Source of the DNA: a virus
DNA length: 64,000 nucleotides
IMG/VR virus record: IMGVR_UViG_3300012954_000007
Strand: one strand, 5' to 3'
Each line of letters opens with the position of its first letter. Positions within the stretch are counted from its first letter, which is position 1. Below are positions 57,922-64,000 of the stretch, in pieces. Below the pieces are notes generated by a model. That model was not told the DNA's origin, made no database searches, and was given only the letters and a program-made list of their open reading frames with translations. The translations under genes were made by a program, and so were the position numbers.

Positions 57922-59090
57922 TGAAAGAACAACTAGATTTATTTCAAACTGAAGAAGAAACTTTTGATTTTGAGTCGATGAAACAAGACTTAATAGACAA
58001 TTTGGATATGTTAAAAGAAATGACAGTTCAAGAACAGACCTTATATAAAAAATGGCAAGAAATGAATAAGGGTGGTAAGATGTCTAAAATTAAAAAGAAA
58101 CTTTTAGGTTATAAAAACAATCTATGGACACCTACAGATATTACAAATGTTGATTTAACCATAAAAGAAATATTAGAAATTGAACCTTACGTTGTTATGG
58201 CAGAAAGTGGTAAAGGTGTCACAGAATGGGTTAACTATAGAAAACTTATTCACACTATGGAATGGGTAGCTAATCCAGGGAGAAATATGAAATTTTGGGT
58301 TAGAGATAGAAAAACAGATAAAGTGTTAGGTCAAATATGTTTAGGGTCAGATGTAACAAGTATTAAAGTTAGGGACGCTTATATTGGTTGGGACAAAACT
58401 AATAAATTTGAACAAGGTAAATTAAATTGTACCGCAATAGCCACCACCATATGTAGCACTCAACCTGGTGGATTTAATATGTTAATGGGTAAATTAGTAG
58501 CTTCATTAACTACATGTAAGACGATTAGAGACGCGTGGGAGAATAAATACGGTAATAAGTTAATTGCTGTAGGGACTACCTCTTTATATGGTATACACTC
58601 AATGTATAACGGTATACCACATTTTAAAACGATGGGAGAGACAACAGGACAAGTTAGACTTAAACCAGATGATAGTGTGTATTTACCCTGGAACAAATGG
58701 TTAAAAGATAACCACCCCGAAGAACATAAAAAAGCAATTAGTGCTACAGGACCCAAACAGAATATTATAAATAAAGTATTCAAACACTGTGGGATTAAAC
58801 CATCCACATATGACCATGGATTTAAAAGAGGTGTCTATTTAGCAATGATGTATGAAAATGGATGTGAGTTTCTACGTGGTGAAATAAATGAGGATAAACT
58901 TAAATTAAAAACAAAGTTTGAAGAAGACATTCCATATACAGATAAGTGGTGGAAGAAAAAAGCGGTTAAAAGGTACCAAACTTTACATAAAAATAATAAA
59001 GTAAAACCTGAAACATTATTCTATTGGGACGCGATAGATATATCTTGGGAAGAGATGAAAGAAAAATATTTAAAAGAAGTTGGACGTTAA
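57921..59090 (+). CDS. DUF4338 / Druantia DruA-like protein
   Basis: NPGRNMKFWVRD...LG.ICLGSD....VRDAYIGW, GKLVA and TTSLYG..S.YNG pattern. Confidence 0.7.
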   Translation: MKEQLDLFQTEEETFDFESMKQDLIDNLDMLKEMTVQEQTLYKKWQEMNKGGKMSKIKKKLLGYKNNLWTPTDITNVDLTIKEILEIEPYVVMAESGKGVTEWVNYRKLIHTMEWVANPGRNMKFWVRDRKTDKVLGQICLGSDVTSIKVRDAYIGWDKTNKFEQGKLNCTAIATTICSTQPGGFNMLMGKLVASLTTCKTIRDAWENKYGNKLIAVGTTSLYGIHSMYNGIPHFKTMGETTGQVRLKPDDSVYLPWNKWLKDNHPEEHKKAISATGPKQNIINKVFKHCGIKPSTYDHGFKRGVYLAMMYENGCEFLRGEINEDKLKLKTKFEEDIPYTDKWWKKKAVKRYQTLHKNNKVKPETLFYWDAIDISWEEMKEKYLKEVGR

Positions 59091-59100
59091 AAACAAATAA

Positions 59101-59313
59101 ATGACAAAAAAAACAAGAACATTAAACGAATTGAGACAAGTAAAAGACAGTGTTTATAAAACACCAAAAGTAAAAGGGGTAGAAAACTATTATACCACCC
59201 ACCAAGATTTTAACCAACAATACATTGTGGATTTAATACAAAAGTATCCTAATGATAGAGATTTAGGTGCTAAGATTAGAGAATATTATCTTCACTTAAT
59301 TAAAAAAATGTAA
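59101..59313 (+). CDS. Hypothetical protein (YPND..LG.KIR motif)
   Basis: Small ORF in the operon. Confidence 0.7.
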   Translation: MTKKTRTLNELRQVKDSVYKTPKVKGVENYYTTHQDFNQQYIVDLIQKYPNDRDLGAKIREYYLHLIKKM

Positions 59314-59317
59314 ATAA

Positions 59318-59349
59318 TTTGTTTTATAGAAATAAATTACTTAGATTTG
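59318..59349 (+). promoter_or_regulatory. Bacteroidota-type promoter TTTG-N20-TAGATTTG
   Basis: TTTG at 59318-21 and TAGATTTG at 59342-49. Confidence 0.7.
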
Positions 59350-59386
59350 TTATATAAATTATTAACCATTAAAAATAAAAAATCCG

Positions 59387-59674
59387 ATGAGGGCAACTAA
59401 AAAAGAAAAATTAGGAAACTATATTTGTAAAGTAGGTAAGTATGATATCAGACAAATTATTAAATCTGGAGGCATCACTAAAAGTTTTGGAAAAGCAACC
59501 CAAAGTAAAGGTAGTTGTGAGGGTAGAATTTACTTGGGTAAAAAACTGATTGAAGGTAACCTAAAAAGTTCTAGTGAGGCAGTTCAAAAAGCATTTGATT
59601 TGACTTGCAAAGAAGGTGACCAACAGTACGTAGATAAACGACTAGTTAAAAAACATAATTTAATCTGTGGGTAA
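59387..59674 (+). CDS. Hypothetical basic protein (monocistronic: own promoter and terminator)
   Basis: Flanked by the promoter and the terminator listed here. Confidence 0.72.
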   Translation: MRATKKEKLGNYICKVGKYDIRQIIKSGGITKSFGKATQSKGSCEGRIYLGKKLIEGNLKSSSEAVQKAFDLTCKEGDQQYVDKRLVKKHNLICG

Positions 59675-59696
59675 TTTTAACTACAGAGTAAAATTT

Positions 59697-59730
59697 AGGG
59701 GGGTAAATAAATTTACTCTCCTTTTTTTTT
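59697..59730 (+). terminator. Rho-independent terminator
   Basis: AGGGGGGTAAAT-AA-ATTTACTCTCCT followed by a T run. Confidence 0.8.
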
Positions 59731-59792
59731 AAATTAAGGTGGTGTATTTATTCTATAGAAGTGATATTTATAATTAAACAAGAAATCTAAAA

Positions 59793-61136
59793 ATGAGTTT
59801 TACAAGTTTATTAAATGAGGTTAGAGAGATATTAGAACAAGAGTTGTCACGTTTGGAAGTGATGATGGATAGATATGCAAAACCTAAGAAGAAGGCTAAT
59901 GGAAAAGTAGTTCCAGCAAAAATACCAGAAGACATATTAATAAAATTAATTGTTGCAGACCCTACTACTCGGTCAGAAGGGGAGGGAGAAGGTATACTAA
60001 TCAAAAAAGTAGGTAAGTACGTTCAATGGATAATTAAACAGTGGTTAGGGTTACAACAAAAAGCTCAAGATGAATATCCTTACGACCCAAAACCTAACTC
60101 ACCCTTCCAAGGTAAAGTTAATCAATTACAAGACCTATTTTTAGAAGACCTTTACAAAACAACTGAAGATTTAATTAAGTTTGATAGATTTAAGTCACAA
60201 GTAGACGCTAGTAAAAGAGATATTAATAAAATTACTTCTCCTGATGAACTATATGATTTAACCAAAGATTTTTCATTAGAAAAGGCTACAACCAGTAAAG
60301 CAGAACAAAAAGCTCAAAGAAAACGTGAAGAAGTTGATTACGTTTACGACGGTGACAGATGGGAAGTAGTCGTTCCAAAAACTAAAGCAGTTAGTTGTGA
60401 TATGGCAGGTGCACCTTTAACTAGATGGTGTACAGCTTCAGACAATTGGAATTACTATGAAAGATATTCAGGACAAGGTCCTTTATACATGATTAGAGAT
60501 AAGAATGACATTGTAACTAGTGGAGGTAAAGGTGAAGGTGAACCAAGACCTAAATACCAATTCCACTTCCCATCAAATCAATACATGGACCAAGATGATA
60601 GAAGTGTTAACTTAGAACAAATGTTACAAGATGGTGGGGAACTTAGTGAGTTAAAACAATTCTTTAAACACGAATTTGCAAAAGCACTTAACAAAGACTT
60701 TGGTGACCAGGTACAAATAAACTACCCTAACGACCAAGTATCTAGATTCATAGGTCTATATGGTTTTGATGAATTTTTCGATAAACTTCCACAATCATTA
60801 AAAAGATTTGATTTTGAGAAGGGAAGTAGAGGGTACAATAGAGGAAACGAAGAAGAGTTACCAGCTACTCCGTTACACCCTAAAATTTTAAATTTCCCTA
60901 ACTTAGAGGTGTTACACATTGAAGGTTTACTTAGTGAGTTACCAGAAGATATTAATAGACTACAAAATCTAATGTTTATTTCTATACCTAACAATCCCCA
61001 GTTAGAAACACTACCAGAATCTTTAGCAGACTTACCAGGTTTACAAGTTTTAAACATTAGAAACAACCCTAAATTAAAAATAGGACCTAGAGTTCAGGCT
61101 CTGATAGATAGTGGTGAGGTTACTGTAGTACAGTAA
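59793..61136 (+). CDS. Protein with 'TRWCTA...GPLY...KYQFHF' domain and C-terminal leucine-rich repeats
   Basis: LRR units LEVLHIEG.LSELPEDINRLQNL and NNPQLETLPESLADLPGLQVLNIRNNPKL. Confidence 0.8.
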   Translation: MSFTSLLNEVREILEQELSRLEVMMDRYAKPKKKANGKVVPAKIPEDILIKLIVADPTTRSEGEGEGILIKKVGKYVQWIIKQWLGLQQKAQDEYPYDPKPNSPFQGKVNQLQDLFLEDLYKTTEDLIKFDRFKSQVDASKRDINKITSPDELYDLTKDFSLEKATTSKAEQKAQRKREEVDYVYDGDRWEVVVPKTKAVSCDMAGAPLTRWCTASDNWNYYERYSGQGPLYMIRDKNDIVTSGGKGEGEPRPKYQFHFPSNQYMDQDDRSVNLEQMLQDGGELSELKQFFKHEFAKALNKDFGDQVQINYPNDQVSRFIGLYGFDEFFDKLPQSLKRFDFEKGSRGYNRGNEEELPATPLHPKILNFPNLEVLHIEGLLSELPEDINRLQNLMFISIPNNPQLETLPESLADLPGLQVLNIRNNPKLKIGPRVQALIDSGEVTVVQ

Positions 61137-61535
61137 TTAAGAAAGTTTATCCCAACTACCGTTATTAAGTAATTTAAAAGTACCTATGTATTTTTTATCC
61201 CATTGATTTGGGTTAATTAAACTCAGAAATAAATTCTTATTATCTCTTTCATATAAAAAATATTCTTCCCCCAGTAAAGGTTGGAAGTTATATTCGGATT
61301 CGTAGACTAGTTTAGTCCAGTTATATTCCTCAACCAATTCTTGATATTCTTTTTTTAATTCTTTTAATCTAGAATCAAAATAATTGTCTGCTTTATAACT
61401 GTCACTTTTATCTACCTTAATTGGTTCGAATTTTTGTGAACCCACCGTGGTAGGATAAGATTTTATATTAGCGTCAAATTTTTCACTATCTTCATTATAT
61501 ACTATATTGTCTGGGTATTTCTTTTTCATAAACAA
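61137..61535 (-). CDS. DUF2452-like protein
   Basis: YNFQPLLGEEYFLY....LFLSLINPNQW pattern; the true start may be the second Met (61529). Confidence 0.7.
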   Translation of the reverse strand: MFMKKKYPDNIVYNEDSEKFDANIKSYPTTVGSQKFEPIKVDKSDSYKADNYFDSRLKELKKEYQELVEEYNWTKLVYESEYNFQPLLGEEYFLYERDNKNLFLSLINPNQWDKKYIGTFKLLNNGSWDKLS

Positions 61536-62410
61536 CTAAAATATCTTTCACCTCTATCACAGAGTATTGTTAAACCGTTATTACTATCGTTATCCCTCAA
61601 CCACTCAAAACACACTTTAACATTAGCTGCTGCACTAACACCTACAAATAAACCAAACTCAGAAGCTAATTTTTTAGCAAATAATTTAGCACATTCAGTT
61701 TTAATTGTTCTAACCTCATCTACTAACTCTAGGTCAACTAAAAATTTACTACCATCTCCTATTCCTTGTATACCGTGAAGTCCTGGTTCACCCCCTGACA
61801 TGACGGGACTTTCCGCTGGTTCCACAGCGACTACTTTTATATTGGGCCATTTTTCTTTTAGATATTTTGCAGTACCCATTAAACTCCCACCAGTACCTGT
61901 CCCCAAAACGATTACATCTGGTTTACTAGTATATAAAGGATATGTTGAGTAAAATTCAGGTCCCGTAGTTTCGTAATGAGCTTTTATATTTAAAGGGTTG
62001 TGGAATTGATTACAATTAAACCACCCTTCTTCTTTACACATTTTATCTCTTAATGCTATTGCCCCATCAAAATCACCTTCAGCTACTTCTATTAATTTTG
62101 CTCCATATATTTTGAACATATTTTTTCTTTCTTCGGACATATTAGAAGGCATAATAATAACCATTCTGTAACCTCTTTCCGCAGCTAACATAGCAAATGC
62201 AATTCCACTATTACCTGATGTGGCTTCACACAAAGTACTTCCCTTTTTTATTAAATTTCTTTTTTCTGCATCATTTAAAATGTAAGTAGCCATACGGTCC
62301 TTTACGGAACCAGATGGATTCATAAATTCCGCTTTTCCCCACACCGTAAATTCACCAATCTGTATTGGTATTAAGGGGGTTTGGCCTACGTAGTCTGATA
62401 ATTTTTTCAT
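61526..62410 (-). CDS. cysK: Cysteine synthase (O-acetylserine sulfhydrylase, CysK/CysM family)
   Basis: VGQTPL, KAEFMNPSGSVKDR (PLP Lys), EATSGNSGI, GTGTGGS, HGIQGIG and DRGERY. Confidence 0.93.
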   Translation of the reverse strand: MKKLSDYVGQTPLIPIQIGEFTVWGKAEFMNPSGSVKDRMATYILNDAEKRNLIKKGSTLCEATSGNSGIAFAMLAAERGYRMVIIMPSNMSEERKNMFKIYGAKLIEVAEGDFDGAIALRDKMCKEEGWFNCNQFHNPLNIKAHYETTGPEFYSTYPLYTSKPDVIVLGTGTGGSLMGTAKYLKEKWPNIKVVAVEPAESPVMSGGEPGLHGIQGIGDGSKFLVDLELVDEVRTIKTECAKLFAKKLASEFGLFVGVSAAANVKVCFEWLRDNDSNNGLTILCDRGERYFSCL

Positions 62411-62507
62411 ATCATAAGTTTAATATTTTAGGTGATAAAGTCCACATCATCTTGATAAGTATTTTACTTTAGTGTATTATTATTTAACTAATCTCAAATA
62501 TTTATAA

Positions 62508-62846
62508 ATGATGAATGTAGATGTGGAAATATATTGTAGAAACTTTAAGAGTTTTTTTCTTAATAACCCTACCAGTAAAGACGAATTATTGTCGACAGTA
62601 CCTGGGGTTAGTTTTGAAAATTTTATGATAGAAGTTACTAAAATAGCTGAAGATAATTTTGAAAAAGGTGGTGACCCCGCAGTAACTAGAAAACAAATTT
62701 TAGATATACTAAATGATTTGTATGTGGAACATGTTAAGGAACATTACAGAGAATTTGGTGAAGAAGTAGGATTAATCACAAAACCTACGATAGACGAATC
62801 TAAAGTTTTTCAAAATCTAAAAGGATTTAACATAGGTTTAAATTAA
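62508..62846 (+). CDS. Hypothetical protein
   Basis: ORF divergent from cysK. Confidence 0.68.
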   Translation: MMNVDVEIYCRNFKSFFLNNPTSKDELLSTVPGVSFENFMIEVTKIAEDNFEKGGDPAVTRKQILDILNDLYVEHVKEHYREFGEEVGLITKPTIDESKVFQNLKGFNIGLN

Positions 62847-63700
62847 GCTATATTTTCTATAGTTGCTTTATAACTAGATTTAATTATATTGGCTCCCGAC
62901 TCTTCCTGTATTAAAGTGTAAGAAATCAGCAAATGGGTTGTACACTCAGTTATTTTGTCTTCCCCATTACTGACATTCATACTCCAACACTTGGTAACTC
63001 CCGTCGCTTCTCCTTCTGGTTGTAGGAGCTCTAATATCAGTGTAAATAACAGAGTTAAAGCTGGGGTACTACTACCTTCCACACATTCAAACTTATAAAT
63101 TTTTATATGTACATTGATTGTTTCTCTATGTCCCCCAACGTATAAATTACCACATACATTTAAAGCATTAGTTACAGAACCATCTATAGTATGTGGAAAG
63201 GGTACCCCGCAATTTAAATTTGCATAAGTAAAACTAGTTTTAACTAAATCCCAAGCTCCATTACCTGAACCTGAATTAAATCCACTATTTTTATTCCCTA
63301 TATATTCAAATCCACCTTTTGGTTTTTCTACATGCATAGAATTAGAAATAATTAATATGGGGGTAATTGAACTATCAGGAACGTCTATTTTTATTAAATT
63401 ATTGGAAGGGTTACTTAAAGTAACATTACTACCTCCACTTAAAATTAATACTTGTTGAGAATCATTTCTGGTGGTGTAAGATTTATTACCAGATAATGTA
63501 GTACCAGTTACAAAAGTATCGGTACCACTACTACCACTTACACAATGTTTTATTAAATCACAATCAAATGGTGTGGGTGTAGGAAGGCAATCAATAAATT
63601 CTTGTGTTGTCGCTGAATAAGGATTAGTAGTATTTATAATTCTATTAGCTTCTACACAAGGTCCATCACAACCGTAATATTGGTCAAACCAGTCAGACAT
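62843..63700 (-). CDS. Hypothetical Cys/Ser/Thr-rich protein, composition like the tail-cluster proteins
   Basis: YSATT, DTFVTGTT and LSGGS motifs; many Cys. Confidence 0.7.
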   Translation of the reverse strand: MSDWFDQYYGCDGPCVEANRIINTTNPYSATTQEFIDCLPTPTPFDCDLIKHCVSGSSGTDTFVTGTTLSGNKSYTTRNDSQQVLILSGGSNVTLSNPSNNLIKIDVPDSSITPILIISNSMHVEKPKGGFEYIGNKNSGFNSGSGNGAWDLVKTSFTYANLNCGVPFPHTIDGSVTNALNVCGNLYVGGHRETINVHIKIYKFECVEGSSTPALTLLFTLILELLQPEGEATGVTKCWSMNVSNGEDKITECTTHLLISYTLIQEESGANIIKSSYKATIENIA

Positions 63701-63702
63701 AG

Positions 63703-63987
63703 TTATTGAATTTTTATTCTAGCTAATTCACCTCTAGTCCAAGGTTCATAATTAGGACCTAAGGTATAAACAAACTGTCTACCTTTTCTATCCATTTTTA
63801 CTATGCCAGAGTCGTTTATAACTGCAAAGAATTCAGAGTTGTGACCTGGAGTATAAGTCCTACCGATAGAATCGTAAAATTCTTTTCTGGTCTTCCCAGG
63901 GTTGTTCTTAACAAAGTCTATAAATAATTGAGTTAATGAACCTTCTTTAGGTGGATATCTAAAAGTTAAAGGAGTCCTAGTCCTCAT
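63703..63987 (-). CDS. Hypothetical protein, possible winged-helix DNA-binding protein
   Basis: FVKNNPGKTRKEF...GIVKMDRKGRQFVYTLG resembles a wHTH. Confidence 0.6.
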   Translation of the reverse strand: MRTRTPLTFRYPPKEGSLTQLFIDFVKNNPGKTRKEFYDSIGRTYTPGHNSEFFAVINDSGIVKMDRKGRQFVYTLGPNYEPWTRGELARIKIQ

Positions 63988-64000
63988 AGGTTCCCAAACA

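Noticed and set aside
59685-59722. AGAGTAAAATTT could pair with the terminator's 3' arm (antiterminator-like)
   Set aside because: The pairing is short, AT-rich and imperfect, with no other riboswitch or attenuator evidence.
2484-61066. Numerous short antisense or out-of-frame ORFs inside long genes (e.g. 2484, 4862, 7453, 21358, 43014, 43728, 48302, 49929, 58460, 60722)
   Set aside because: They are fully nested in well-supported genes and have shadow-like composition.
1-64000. Stop-codon reassignment, as seen in some Bacteroidota phages
   Set aside because: Genes are full length and tightly packed under the standard code, and TAG and TGA both end conserved genes (e.g. nrdA TAG, primase-region exonuclease TGA).
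1-64000. tRNA/rRNA genes, introns, inteins, IS elements
   Set aside because: Intergenic gaps are very short and AT-rich with no cloverleaf motifs; nrdA, nrdB and primase are uninterrupted; no transposase was seen.

Overview
The window is a continuous, AT-rich, gene-dense segment of a large (probably jumbo) tailed dsDNA phage with a contractile-tail-type baseplate. It most likely infects Bacteroidota (Flavobacteria-like): there are TTTG-N19/20-TAnnTTTG promoters, A-rich leaders without Shine-Dalgarno sequences, and SprB-like, DUF5522-like, DUF2452-like and Hc1-like genes. Layout: helicase 3' end, nrdB-nrdA and Smr (1-3.4 kb); a ~35 kb baseplate/tail cluster of large, Cys/Thr/Gly-rich modular proteins (3.5-38.7 kb); RuvC-like resolvase, primase, exonuclease and Mre11/Rad50 (38.7-45 kb); and an accessory region with a sigma70-family factor, a putative lysis block, probable internal head proteins, DnaJ, a DruA/DUF4338-like protein, an LRR protein and cysteine synthase (45-64 kb). 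Two real-looking genes are missing from the ORF track: a 20-aa, 9-Cys metallothionein-like peptide (46066-46128, minus strand, followed by a terminator) and a 58-aa Hc1/histone-H1-like protein (54949-55125). The most novel theme is a possible phage thiol/metal module: the mini-metallothionein, a HiPIP-like [4Fe-4S] motif at the N-terminus of a tail-cluster protein, very Cys-rich virion proteins and cysteine synthase. No tRNA, rRNA, CRISPR array or IS element was seen. All family assignments come from motif recognition by eye; no database searches were run.
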